A stretch of 64,000 nucleotides of DNA from a virus (Duplodnaviria; Caudoviricetes). Positions 1 through 9,408 of the stretch are shown piece after piece. Position numbers and translations under genes: made by a program. Every line of letters begins with the position of its first letter. The stretch's first letter is position 1. The stretch is taken from positions 35,583 to 99,582 of IMG/VR virus record IMGVR_UViG_3300027760_000553; one strand, 5' to 3'. Below the pieces are notes generated by a model that saw nothing but the letters and a program-made list of their open reading frames with translations, made no database searches and was not told the origin of the DNA.

Positions 1-78
1 TGCATCGATGCTATGCATTGATATGGCACCTTGATTTAGCAAATGCTCTATCATGGCTTCTGTTTTAGGATTAATCAC
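1..78 (-). CDS. 5' part of a hypothetical protein running off the window edge (MINPKTEAMIEHLLNQGAI...)
   Basis: GTG at 78 overlaps the TGA of the upstream nuclease gene (GTGA); frame open to base 1. Confidence 0.5.
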   Translation of the reverse strand, partial: MINPKTEAMIEHLLNQGAISMHSIDA

Positions 79-482
79 TTACCAGATTTCTTTCTTGCTT
101 TTGCAAGCGCTCCAAAATCTTTAACCTTGGTATCTCCTAGGTATCCCCATGCATAACCGTCGTTAATCATCATGTCATTAAGAGATACTGTGTTTCCATC
201 TACATATACCCAACCTAAAATGCGACCATACTTTTCAGATGAGTCCATCTTTTCAGTCTTAATCACAACAGACTTGGCATCTTTTAAAGCCTTCTTTAGG
301 TACTCTTTGGCCTCAAGACCAAGAGCCTTTTCAGCAAGGTCTTTTGTACGAGACTCAGGTGTGTCAATACCAGCCAATCTTACACGGGATTGAAATAAAA
401 TATCAAACCCTAAATCAATAAGAACATCAATGGTATCTCCATCTACGACATTCTCTACTTTTCTTACATAGTATTCATACAT
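75..482 (-). CDS. Staphylococcal nuclease (SNase/thermonuclease)-like protein
   Basis: VVDGDT, VRLAGIDTPE, KYGRILG and GYAW motifs typical of the SNase family. Confidence 0.9.
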   Translation of the reverse strand: MYEYYVRKVENVVDGDTIDVLIDLGFDILFQSRVRLAGIDTPESRTKDLAEKALGLEAKEYLKKALKDAKSVVIKTEKMDSSEKYGRILGWVYVDGNTVSLNDMMINDGYAWGYLGDTKVKDFGALAKARKKSGK

Positions 483-484
483 TT

Positions 485-1129
485 TTATTCTCCATTTTTA
501 TTTAGTGTAAAACAAATATTTAATAAAATTCTCAAATCATTTTCTTTTGGTGAAAACCCAGTATGCAACTTTTTTCCATCAAAAACAACGCCCTTGCCAG
601 CAGTTGGAGAAATTGAATTTAAAACCTTCAACTCACCAAAATTGCCAGCAGTTTTTAAAACATCAAGTATTTTTTTATCGTATACTTCTGTTACTCCATC
701 CGAATCATTAAAGTAATAAAGAAAAACCATATGGTCTTCTATTGAATCAACATGGGGATAATTTCTAGAATCTTTTTCTTTATAAGATCTTGTTGCTATG
801 TTAATTTTACTTCTTATAATTTTGTCATATTTTATGTTGTGCTTAAAGCAAAACTTTTCAAAAACATCTTTTACAATATCAAAATCTAATCTGGAAACAA
901 TTTGAAAATATGGTTCAGATTTTTGATCTTGCATATATACTGTTGGTGCATTTTTCCATTGCCAAGATTTATCTTTGGTTTTTTGAAAATCAATTATCTC
1001 TGGAACATATTCAGGAATCCAATTAATTTTTCCATACAAAAAACTTTGATCAGAGAATATTCTTCTTAAAAACTCATCCTGCTCTTCTTTGGTTAAAAAA
1101 GAATCATCTTCAATAAAGAAATCACTCAC
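485..1129 (-). CDS. 2OG-Fe(II) oxygenase superfamily protein
   Basis: PHVD (HxD), VFLYYFNDSDG, FDG..LH, distal R..LN. Confidence 0.8.
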   Translation of the reverse strand: MSDFFIEDDSFLTKEEQDEFLRRIFSDQSFLYGKINWIPEYVPEIIDFQKTKDKSWQWKNAPTVYMQDQKSEPYFQIVSRLDFDIVKDVFEKFCFKHNIKYDKIIRSKINIATRSYKEKDSRNYPHVDSIEDHMVFLYYFNDSDGVTEVYDKKILDVLKTAGNFGELKVLNSISPTAGKGVVFDGKKLHTGFSPKENDLRILLNICFTLNKNGE

Positions 1130-1346
1130 TTAATCTAGATCTTTCATCAACAACTTCTACCATAAAACTCATCATTTTTGCATAACCAACAGCATTATCC
1201 ATGATTTTATTATAATGATGGGAACAAAAGAGTAGTCCTCCAGATTTTCCAATTACCTTTACATACGCCTGTGCAGAACAAGAGTCGCATCTGTCTGTGG
1301 CGTCTAGCATCCACAGTTTTGAGTCTTCTGAAATCATTGTATTCAT
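1122..1346 (-). CDS. Small zinc-binding protein (DUF7455-like)
   Basis: DRCDSCSAQAYV...LLFCSHH: CxxC plus CxHH. Confidence 0.6.
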   Translation of the reverse strand: MNTMISEDSKLWMLDATDRCDSCSAQAYVKVIGKSGGLLFCSHHYNKIMDNAVGYAKMMSFMVEVVDERSRLSE

Positions 1347-1352
1347 AGTATA

Positions 1353-1538
1353 CTACCTCTTTCTATTATCGGTGGAATAAAAACCAGAACCGTTAAAAAC
1401 TGCTCCTACATTAGAGTATACACGAACTAAAGGAGAATTGCAAGTTTCACAATTGTACCCAGGATCACCATCCTTAATAGACCTTTCTTTAATATACCTT
1501 TGTGCACAAGGCATGCAATCATACTCATATACTGCCAC
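1353..1538 (-). CDS. FmdB-family zinc-ribbon protein
   Basis: YEYDCxxC...CxxC...RVYS..G..FNGSGFYSTD. Confidence 0.85.
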   Translation of the reverse strand: MAVYEYDCMPCAQRYIKERSIKDGDPGYNCETCNSPLVRVYSNVGAVFNGSGFYSTDNRKR

Positions 1539-2256
1539 TAGAAACCTCCATGTAAAGTTCTTGTAATTTTGAAAAATCTTCTTCTTCTTCTATTTGCTTA
1601 GTTAAAGTTTCATACATTTTTGTTTTTTGAATATCATGGGGGCCATGATGCTTCATCTTTGCAACTTCTTGATTTGATAGACTACCAAAAGTTTTAGCAT
1701 CTCTATTTTTAATTACATCTTTCACCTCTTCTGATGAAATTTTGTTTTCATAGTGCATATTTATTTTTGATAAAACAAAAGTAATTATACTATCTGGATC
1801 ATTAACTAATTTATCAAACTCAATTACAAAAGCATTTTTATTTTCTATTTGAATAGTTAAATAATCTAAATAGTTTTCAGTTATACTCTTGATAATTCCT
1901 TTAAAATTATGGTGTGCTCCATTTAGCACATCCTCTATTGTTTTATCGTCTTGTGAGTTAGAGAGTGCAATAAAACAATAAGATTTGATAACCTCCATTG
2001 GACTTCTTACATTTGTAAACTGAATAAAACTATCAGACTGCTCCAACTTTAGCATAGATGGTATGTGAAAAAATGGGTGCAAAATAAATGTTTTATTTGT
2101 ATCTAAAACAAGTGTTTTATTTGTTAATTTTTTTAAATTATTTTCATTCTTAATATTTTTGGTCAGTGCACTATCGATACACTCTGCTAAAAAATTATTA
2201 CCAGATCTTGGTACAGAATTAAAAATAATATCAGTGGTGGTGAAATATTTTGACAA
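1525..2256 (-). CDS. Sulfotransferase-family (P-loop) protein
   Basis: SVPRSGNNFL 5'-PSB-like loop, VRSP.E...S 3'-PB-like motif, FDKLVNDP; TTG start. Confidence 0.65.
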   Translation of the reverse strand: MSKYFTTTDIIFNSVPRSGNNFLAECIDSALTKNIKNENNLKKLTNKTLVLDTNKTFILHPFFHIPSMLKLEQSDSFIQFTNVRSPMEVIKSYCFIALSNSQDDKTIEDVLNGAHHNFKGIIKSITENYLDYLTIQIENKNAFVIEFDKLVNDPDSIITFVLSKINMHYENKISSEEVKDVIKNRDAKTFGSLSNQEVAKMKHHGPHDIQKTKMYETLTKQIEEEEDFSKLQELYMEVSSGSI

Positions 2257-2361
2257 TTACTTCTTCTTTGCTTTTACTGTCCAGACTGGGGCTTTAAGTG
2301 CATCTCCACCCCACTCATAACCAAGTGCCTTTACAACAAACTTAATAATTTTAATACGCAT
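2257..2361 (-). CDS. Small hypothetical protein, 34 aa (MRIKIIKFVVKALGYEWGGDALKAPVWTVKAKKK), absent from the ORF track
   Basis: ATG overlaps the upstream stop (TAATG) after AAAGGGG; fills the gap exactly. Confidence 0.6.
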   Translation of the reverse strand: MRIKIIKFVVKALGYEWGGDALKAPVWTVKAKKK

Positions 2362-2561
2362 TATTTAATCCCCTTTCCAAATTTAGCCCAGACTCTTTCA
2401 TGTAAGAAGTATCCAAGGGCTTCCCATCCAATATAAATAAGGGCACCAAGACTTGCGTACTCCCATTCGCCAGTAAATAAATAAATGACTCCAGCGACAC
2501 CAACTAGGTGAAAGGTTTCCCAACTTGCTGTTTTAAGTAAAGTTCTTTTTGTTGATTCCAT
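2361..2561 (-). CDS. DUF2061-like small membrane protein
   Basis: ESxKRTLLKTxSW...YFLHERVW signature; hydrophobic core. Confidence 0.75.
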   Translation of the reverse strand: MESTKRTLLKTASWETFHLVGVAGVIYLFTGEWEYASLGALIYIGWEALGYFLHERVWAKFGKGIK

Positions 2562-3103
2562 TACTTAACCTTGCTTAACAATGGAGCATCTTCTTCTCCA
2601 ACATATACTGGACGACCCCAACCAACTACAGCATTAACTAACTTCTTCTTGTTATTCTTTACATAACCACGAGTCTTCTCTACGCACATTCCTCCGTTGC
2701 GCTGATCTCCCTTTGCAGTCCCTGAAGTGTTTCCTTCAATAACTTGGATTGTTCCATCGCCATTGTTCTTAATGCAAAGACCAACATGCGAAATACGATT
2801 TACGCCATCTTCTGGGAAATCAAAATAGATCCAGTCTCCTGGTGTTGGATCGTCATTACGAGCATCTGCCCATCGACCCTCTTTCTTAAACTGATCTGAT
2901 GCTGCTACGGTTGATGCAGACTTAGGAAATGATTTTACTCCCGCTGTAAATGCACACCATGAAACGAATGATTGGCACCATGGTTGGAAGTTAACCTTCA
3001 TCCATGCACCGTACTTTGTTTCATTATCTTTAGGGCCTTCAATTGTGCCCACTTCTTTCTTTGCAACCTCAACGATTGCTTCTAGACTACCTTTTACTGA
3101 CAT
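2561..3103 (-). CDS. CHAP-domain amidase (putative endolysin), catalytic domain only
   Basis: PWCQSFVSW (catalytic Cys), HVGL (His), IEGNT. Confidence 0.85.
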   Translation of the reverse strand: MSVKGSLEAIVEVAKKEVGTIEGPKDNETKYGAWMKVNFQPWCQSFVSWCAFTAGVKSFPKSASTVAASDQFKKEGRWADARNDDPTPGDWIYFDFPEDGVNRISHVGLCIKNNGDGTIQVIEGNTSGTAKGDQRNGGMCVEKTRGYVKNNKKKLVNAVVGWGRPVYVGEEDAPLLSKVK

Positions 3104-3126
3104 TTTATTCTCCCCTTTCCTATATA

Positions 3127-3135
3127 ATTATATCA
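3127..3135 (-). promoter_or_regulatory. Extended -10 promoter TGATATAAT upstream of the CHAP gene
   Basis: Exact TGnTATAAT followed by an AAGGGGAG RBS. Confidence 0.6.
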
Positions 3136-3792
3136 AACTTTGTTTAAATCTTCAAGGTATCTTGTATTAAAGCGATTGGCCCAGAAAGACTGATAAACAG
3201 TACCTTGGTCTCCATTGTCCTTTTTAATGGTTAGATGTGGGTGCTTATTTATTAAATAATTTATTTGACCTAGTTTTGGCTCTTGAAATCTTGTATCGAC
3301 ATACTGATATAAAGTATTCGGATTTTCAGCAATGTAATTTTTTACTTCTTTATCTAGATTAATAGGCCCATCATACTGCTGATTATCTGAACAAGTCCAA
3401 TAAAACTTTATATCTTTAAACTTATTTTCAAGTTCTACTAAACTATTAATAAAGTCTTCAAAAATAAAATCAGAATTTTGTACTTCTGAAAACAAAATAA
3501 AAATAACATCTGGAGAATATTCAGCAAAATATTCTTTTGCATTTTTTATAACATTTTTATAGTATATATCTTTATCATCTAATGCAAAAAAATCAGAAAC
3601 TAAAGTATGCTTTCTTAGTAGTTTGTCTAGTCTAAATGGCCAAACATTTTTAAAAGTTTCATCGTCATGCATTAGATCTGAAGATCCAAAATATACTACA
3701 TGTAGTTTACTATCATGATCCTTTTTAAATTCTTCACACATATAGCCATGAGTATTTTTTGTTCCATCATATTTGCTTAATACTTCTGTCAT
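3133..3792 (-). CDS. Hypothetical protein, possibly a divergent SGNH-fold protein
   Basis: HVVYFGSS and PDVIFIL segments resemble SGNH strands; catalytic residues not evident. Confidence 0.35.
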   Translation of the reverse strand: MTEVLSKYDGTKNTHGYMCEEFKKDHDSKLHVVYFGSSDLMHDDETFKNVWPFRLDKLLRKHTLVSDFFALDDKDIYYKNVIKNAKEYFAEYSPDVIFILFSEVQNSDFIFEDFINSLVELENKFKDIKFYWTCSDNQQYDGPINLDKEVKNYIAENPNTLYQYVDTRFQEPKLGQINYLINKHPHLTIKKDNGDQGTVYQSFWANRFNTRYLEDLNKV

Positions 3793-5228
3793 TTATTATA
3801 ATCCATTCCTGTTAAAATTTTAAAGTCGTATTCTTTTTCCCAATTTAAAATATCGTTGTTATCGTTTAATAAAGGTTGACCCTTAATATTCAGACTTGTA
3901 TTCAATAATAATGGTACACCTGTTTTAAGATAAAACTTATTAATAGTCCTCCACAAACCTCTATGCTGATGCTTGTTTACGGTTTGCACCCTAGATGTAC
4001 CGTCAGCATGGACTACAGATGGAATCTTTTCTGGTTGTAAACATTTAACTGTGTACTGCATATAAGGGCTTGCAAAGTCCATATCAAACCACTCAGAAGC
4101 ACACTCCTCCATAACTACTGGAGCAAATGGTCTAAACAACTCTCTTTGTTTAATTAAATTAACTTTATCTTTAATGTTTGGATCTCTTGGATCTGCAAGA
4201 ATACTTCTATTTCCTAATGCTCTTGGACCGTATTCTGCTCTACCTGATGCTACTGCCACAATTCCATCTTTTAATATACCGTCCACAATTTGCTGAACAG
4301 GATACTCTCCACCAAGATCGTACCCCAAGTATGGATCTTTCCACTCAATATGTTTTCCATATAGTGCTGCTGCTGCTCCCAAAGAACTTCCAGCATCTCC
4401 AGGGTTAGGCATGATCCAAATCATATCAAATATCTTCCAAAGTAAAGTATTTGCAGAAGAGTTTAACGCACATCCACCCATAAAAACCAAATTCTTTTTA
4501 CCAGTCATTCTTTGTGCCATACGCATAAAATCGTTAAGCCTTTGCTCGTATACCATTTGTACTGACGCTGCTATGTCAAATTTATCTTCTTCTGAAACCC
4601 ATCCCCAGTCAGTAATTCCCTTATGAAGGTTATATTTTTGTTGATCGTAATGTGGAAAATATTCATCTACCTTTTTGTAATACTTTGTCCAGTCTCCGTA
4701 TGCTGCCATACCCATCATAATATATTCTTCTTGGTTTGGCATAAGTCCAATCAACTGCGTGAAGGCTGAATAAAATAATCCAAAACTGACTGGATAGTTT
4801 TGCTTGTATTTTAACTTAATTTTATTTCCTTCACCTGTCCAAATTGTAGAAGTATTGTATTCTCCAATAGCATCTAGGACCACAATCACGGCATCATTAA
4901 AGTCACTGGTGTAGTAACCTGCTGCTGCATGGGAATAGTGATGACTAAAAGATTTTCTTGGAATACCAGGAAGTTCAAACCTTGGCTTCCATTCCCCAGA
5001 TCCACCCCTTAAAGCCAGTCTGGAGGCCTTTAGGAGGGGCTTTTCGTAGTAAGCAATGTGATCTGGTCTGCCGTACTGTAAAGCATCTTTTATTAAACTA
5101 TCATTCACATACCAATCATTTTTTTGCTTACTATATCTTTCAGCATGCCCTGCAAATAATATTTTTTCATCTTTAATTAAGGATACAGAAGCATCATGCG
5201 ATGTTTCATTTATTCCAAGAACTATCAT
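3789..5228 (-). CDS. Carbamoyltransferase (NodU/CmcH family)
   Basis: HDAS, ERYS, HHYSHAAA, DAIGE, MGMAAYG, GGCALN, GDAGSSLGAA, EYGPRALGNRSIL, RPFAP, HADGTSRVQ, LNTSLN. Confidence 0.95.
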   Translation of the reverse strand: MIVLGINETSHDASVSLIKDEKILFAGHAERYSKQKNDWYVNDSLIKDALQYGRPDHIAYYEKPLLKASRLALRGGSGEWKPRFELPGIPRKSFSHHYSHAAAGYYTSDFNDAVIVVLDAIGEYNTSTIWTGEGNKIKLKYKQNYPVSFGLFYSAFTQLIGLMPNQEEYIMMGMAAYGDWTKYYKKVDEYFPHYDQQKYNLHKGITDWGWVSEEDKFDIAASVQMVYEQRLNDFMRMAQRMTGKKNLVFMGGCALNSSANTLLWKIFDMIWIMPNPGDAGSSLGAAAALYGKHIEWKDPYLGYDLGGEYPVQQIVDGILKDGIVAVASGRAEYGPRALGNRSILADPRDPNIKDKVNLIKQRELFRPFAPVVMEECASEWFDMDFASPYMQYTVKCLQPEKIPSVVHADGTSRVQTVNKHQHRGLWRTINKFYLKTGVPLLLNTSLNIKGQPLLNDNNDILNWEKEYDFKILTGMDYNK

Positions 5229-5893
5229 TCTTCACCATTGGATAATCTTTTAGTGTCAAAATCAATATTGTGATACCAGTTTGGCAGAGCATATCTTGGA
5301 CCTTTTGTAACTGGATACACCTCATGAACATATAAAAAATTTGAAGGGAAAAACAAAATACTACCAGCAGCAGGTTTAAACTTAATTCCTGAATGTTTAA
5401 ATTCTATTTCTCCACCTTCATAATCATCATTGAGGTAAAGCAGCACGGATAAAACACGACTGCTGACACCCTGATCTTGATGGGCTGGAAGATGTCCACT
5501 TTCATCATATTTTAATAGATGCATTGTGTGTTCTCTAGACTTAATGTTTTTTTCTGCAAATGGATAAATTGCAGTTGAGTAGTGCTTTAATGTTGAATCT
5601 AACGCCCCAAATAATTCAGAAGATATACTTAACTGTTCATTAAAGTATGGGTCACAACTAGAAATATCTTTTACCTGTGGAATAAGTTTTTGCCAACAAA
5701 ACATAAGTTCATTTGAGCCATTGTTATACGTCCACTTTGTCCAAGGACCCACACACGTATCTTCCAACTGACCATCTTCAACATACATTTTGTCTAGATT
5801 TTCTATTTTTTCTATAATTGATTTAGGATCTTTAATTACATCTTTATAATAAACTAATCCTAAATCTAATATCTCAAAATTAAAGTTTTGCAA
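5225..5893 (-). CDS. 2OG-Fe(II) oxygenase (prolyl 4-hydroxylase-like)
   Basis: HQD, RVLSVLLYLNDDYEGGEIEF, FPS...HEVYPVTKGPRY; TTG start at 5893 follows an AAGGGAG RBS. Confidence 0.9.
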   Translation of the reverse strand: MQNFNFEILDLGLVYYKDVIKDPKSIIEKIENLDKMYVEDGQLEDTCVGPWTKWTYNNGSNELMFCWQKLIPQVKDISSCDPYFNEQLSISSELFGALDSTLKHYSTAIYPFAEKNIKSREHTMHLLKYDESGHLPAHQDQGVSSRVLSVLLYLNDDYEGGEIEFKHSGIKFKPAAGSILFFPSNFLYVHEVYPVTKGPRYALPNWYHNIDFDTKRLSNGEE

Positions 5894-6482
5894 GATGGTA
5901 CTCCCTTGCCATCCATTTAGGATTTTTTTCACCTATCATAAAGTCTGGATCTGCATGTTTTGGCAAACTTGTATGCATGTATAGGCCAGTAAATCTATGA
6001 CCGCTTGTTACTTCTGTAATGCCATGAATATATTCACTTCCAGAACTTGGAAAAAATACTGCAGAATATTGCTTTGGTTGATACTCAAATCCTTGATTTG
6101 GGAAATAAATTTTTCCTCCAGTGTATTCAGATTCATGGTTTAAATACATTATTGTGCTCCACTCAATAAAAGGTTCTGGGCCTTGAGCGTCTAAATGCAA
6201 CTCTCCCTTAGTGCCCTCTGTCCAATGTGAACCAAATGATTTGTATACATATATTGGGTTTAAAAAACCATTGTCTTGTCTGTGTACCTCATTTGAAATG
6301 TTTCCATACCTAACCATTATATCCATAACTATTTTATTATATGGTAATGATGTTCCTCCATATCTTTGTGCATAGTATGCGGGATAAGGATTTCTTTCTG
6401 CAAATGGATCTGTCTGCTGATCGATCAAAGTCTTTGCGTCTTCTGGACTAATAAAGTTTTCTATTATTTTTATTCTGTGCAT
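5880..6482 (-). CDS. 2OG-Fe(II) oxygenase (prolyl 4-hydroxylase-like)
   Basis: HLD, STIMYLN...GGKIYFP, HGITEVTSGHRF. Confidence 0.9.
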   Translation of the reverse strand: MHRIKIIENFISPEDAKTLIDQQTDPFAERNPYPAYYAQRYGGTSLPYNKIVMDIMVRYGNISNEVHRQDNGFLNPIYVYKSFGSHWTEGTKGELHLDAQGPEPFIEWSTIMYLNHESEYTGGKIYFPNQGFEYQPKQYSAVFFPSSGSEYIHGITEVTSGHRFTGLYMHTSLPKHADPDFMIGEKNPKWMAREYHLAKL

Positions 6483-7342
6483 TTTTCCTCCTCAACCATT
6501 ATATCATTTATGTGATATATAGAATTATAGCCGTTATGAAATCTTCCAGTTCCCTTTCGATCTAGATTAAAGTCCTGGGTCCTAAACTTATACTCAACAT
6601 CATTGGTTTCAAATTTCATTATTTTTAAATTTTCAATAATAATATTATGAATACTGTTAAACCTTTTTGCAACATCTGTATTAAAATATTTATATATTTT
6701 TTTATAATTATGGTTTTCAGAATATGGCAAATAATCTATTTTTAATTTTGCCTTATTAATATAAACCTTATCTCCAAGAGAAAATATTTTAGTATTATCT
6801 TTTATTAAAGTTAGGCTTAACAATAGATCCTGTCCATATTTTTTTAAAGATTGGTTGTTAAATTCAAACATACTTGAAATATTTTTTTTATCTATTGCAA
6901 TAAAATCCATATCTATCCAGTTAGTCTCAAAAACAAAATTGCTACAATCTCCTAAATTTTTTACATAAAAGCCATCAGTGATTAACTTTGCTTCTTTGTT
7001 TCCAGAAAAAACAACATTTGGAATATTTGTAAAATTATCAACCAGATAAAGGTCCCAGTCTTTTTTTAATTCTACTGAATCCGAAACCTCAACATAGTAG
7101 TCGTAATCCTTTTTTATTATATCTTTTCTATATTCTGTAATTGGAAAATAAGAGTCCCAATATATATGACTATATTTTACTGAGGGTATATTTTTAAAAT
7201 ATGCCGTCCTGTCTATATTATTTTGGTCATATACATAAAGTCTTATTCTATTTTTATTGCTATATGAGTCTACCATATTTGCAACAATATCAATTAAGTT
7301 ATTATTTTTATAAGAATATAAAAATATTACTATTTCTTTCAT
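6470..7342 (-). CDS. Divergent GT-A glycosyltransferase, GT60 (GlcNAc transferase)-like
   Basis: IVIFLYSYKN...RIRLYVYDQ and DYYVEVSDSVELKKDWD resemble GT60 IFVSIASYRD and YYLQIDSH.RF..DWD; the DxH motif is degenerate. Confidence 0.5.
   Translation of the reverse strand: MKEIVIFLYSYKNNNLIDIVANMVDSYSNKNRIRLYVYDQNNIDRTAYFKNIPSVKYSHIYWDSYFPITEYRKDIIKKDYDYYVEVSDSVELKKDWDLYLVDNFTNIPNVVFSGNKEAKLITDGFYVKNLGDCSNFVFETNWIDMDFIAIDKKNISSMFEFNNQSLKKYGQDLLLSLTLIKDNTKIFSLGDKVYINKAKLKIDYLPYSENHNYKKIYKYFNTDVAKRFNSIHNIIIENLKIMKFETNDVEYKFRTQDFNLDRKGTGRFHNGYNSIYHINDIMVEEEKCTE
6498..6506 (-). promoter_or_regulatory. Extended -10 promoter TGATATAAT inside the 3' end of the glycosyltransferase gene
   Basis: Exact TGnTATAAT, then GAGGAGG RBS for the 6482 start. 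Confidence 0.55.
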
Positions 7343-8001
7343 TATGCCAATGGAATGTAGTGTTGTTCTTCTGCTTTTTCAATAAATCTTAAAGGAATTA
7401 TATCGTAAGCAACGGTAATTCTTGGACCATCCCAGTCCCAATTTCCTTGTGCATGTGGGTGCCCCATCTCAGAAATAATTAATCTGTTGTCAATATTCTT
7501 ATTTTCAAAAATAAGTTCTTCTTTATTTTCTATTTTATAGAATGTTGATGATGGCTCTGCCTTAACACAGTAGTATCCATGAAAGTTTGGTGCCCAAGGT
7601 CCACCGTGATCGTGCCAGTCAAGTTTACCAACCTTTGAGTGATTTATATTAAACCAACCCTGAATCATATATTTTTCTTTTGCGAAGTCTATTCCGTAAT
7701 ATTCACAGGCTTCTTTTACTAAATCCCTAACTCCAACATAAAGGTTGTATATTTCTTCGCTGTGAAACTGAAAAACATTATACTCTCTCCACTTTACTGT
7801 AGAAATACTTCCAGACTCAAGCCAGTATTCTTGTTTCTCTGAATGCAATTTTGATACGCCAAAAACCTCACCCTGCTCAATTTGATCATATTTCTTATGC
7901 AAGAATTTAGACATCTTGTCTAGATCATTATTTAAAAACTTTTCAAAAAACTTATGAGGCTTATTGTATAGTTTTGGTATGTTGTAAAAGTCGTGATTCA
8001 T
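7342..8001 (-). CDS. Putative 2OG-Fe(II) oxygenase (HxH type, TIGR02466-like)
   Basis: QGWFNIN, WHDH, FHGYYCV, HPH, PRITVAYD. Confidence 0.65.
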   Translation of the reverse strand: MNHDFYNIPKLYNKPHKFFEKFLNNDLDKMSKFLHKKYDQIEQGEVFGVSKLHSEKQEYWLESGSISTVKWREYNVFQFHSEEIYNLYVGVRDLVKEACEYYGIDFAKEKYMIQGWFNINHSKVGKLDWHDHGGPWAPNFHGYYCVKAEPSSTFYKIENKEELIFENKNIDNRLIISEMGHPHAQGNWDWDGPRITVAYDIIPLRFIEKAEEQHYIPLA

Positions 8002-8021
8002 TTTTCTCCCTTTAGTTTTTC

Positions 8022-8753
8022 TTAATATCTCTTTTTATTCCATGCAAACTTTTTATAGTGTGCAGTAATATGTGATCTTCTTTGTTCTTCTAAAATCTTA
8101 TGTTTTTCATAAGACTCCTTTGACATATCTATGTCGATTTCCCAATCATCTCTCTTGATTGGTATCATTTGCATTATTGGTGTCCCCTGCTCTATTGTAC
8201 CAAAAAAGTCTCTTTTTAGAAAAAATGGTATAAATACTGGAAGACCCCAAACATCTGCATCTACAATTCCAGATGGTACATAGAATGGCAAGTCAAAACG
8301 GTTGAGTGGGTGAGTGATTAGTATTGAGTATCCTGGTGGTGTTTCATAGTACCAGTTCATTTTAAACCCAAAATGTATGGGGTGGCAATCTTTTGGTATT
8401 GCCATATCAACATTAAATCTTTTATCTATAATTGGAATATCTTTTTTCCATGACACAACTGGCATATTGTCATTATCAAAATCAACATGTACGTCATCCT
8501 CTAATCTGTAAATGTACCCAGCAGTCATTGAGTCTAAGAATGGTACACAAAGTTTTGTTGAAACATCTGAGCCATCAGAGCCACGATCATTAATTGGAAA
8601 GAGGTTTTTCATATCATTGCTAGTTCCATATTTGTAACCAACAAGATCTTTATACCAATCTGGAATCATCCTACTTGCACTTACTGGCTCTACCAACATA
8701 TCTATAAATTTAGGATCATTTGATGCTGGAACAAACTTTACCTTATTAGTCAT
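8022..8753 (-). CDS. DUF6065-like protein
   Basis: KLCVPFLDSMTAGY, TPPGYSILITHPLN, SGIVDAD, GTPIMQMIPIKRDDW. Confidence 0.7.
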   Translation of the reverse strand: MTNKVKFVPASNDPKFIDMLVEPVSASRMIPDWYKDLVGYKYGTSNDMKNLFPINDRGSDGSDVSTKLCVPFLDSMTAGYIYRLEDDVHVDFDNDNMPVVSWKKDIPIIDKRFNVDMAIPKDCHPIHFGFKMNWYYETPPGYSILITHPLNRFDLPFYVPSGIVDADVWGLPVFIPFFLKRDFFGTIEQGTPIMQMIPIKRDDWEIDIDMSKESYEKHKILEEQRRSHITAHYKKFAWNKKRY

Positions 8754-9408
8754 TATATTCTTTCTTTATTTGCTCAATTGTTTCTGAATCTTTTATAATT
8801 ATATCACATATAGGAGTTCCTGTGTCTATAATGCCGTATCTTTCATCTTTCATGTGCTTACCACTTTTATTGATAAAAAAATGTATCCATTTTGTATCTA
8901 GTATGTGTTTTGAAAAATCAACCTTATTGAAATAAACAGTATCTGTTATTAAATTAAATACAGTTTCATCACCAAAATTATTTGATATTTTGCATTCAAT
9001 ATCTTTATTTATTAACCATGGAAGATAAAACTTATACAAGGCATTAAAACTAATATCTTGCTTATCGTAGGCGAGTTCCGATGGGTAGAACTGTCTTTGC
9101 CAACATTTGTCAAGTGCATAGAGTCCATTGTACTTTGGTTCAACCCAAATTTCGGCGTGAGTTTTTTGACGCAAAACAACATGATCATCATTAACAATTA
9201 ACTCTGGTTTATTATGAAATATTTCTGCATACCTATTTACTGGAACTAAAAATTTATTAATGTAACTTTGATCAAACACATGACCAGAGACTCCCCACTC
9301 TGGATAAAGTCTACTACCTATAACCAAATCAGAAAAACTTTTGTTAGCAGAATTAATCCAATACTCAGAACCAACTATGCCATTTTTGGATAAATCATCA
9401 TTTGGCAT
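8746..9408 (-). CDS. Hypothetical protein, possibly a distant paralog of 8022..8753
   Basis: YKFYLPW and GIIDTGTPICDI echo motifs of the neighbouring gene. Confidence 0.45.
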   Translation of the reverse strand: MPNDDLSKNGIVGSEYWINSANKSFSDLVIGSRLYPEWGVSGHVFDQSYINKFLVPVNRYAEIFHNKPELIVNDDHVVLRQKTHAEIWVEPKYNGLYALDKCWQRQFYPSELAYDKQDISFNALYKFYLPWLINKDIECKISNNFGDETVFNLITDTVYFNKVDFSKHILDTKWIHFFINKSGKHMKDERYGIIDTGTPICDIIIKDSETIEQIKKEYND

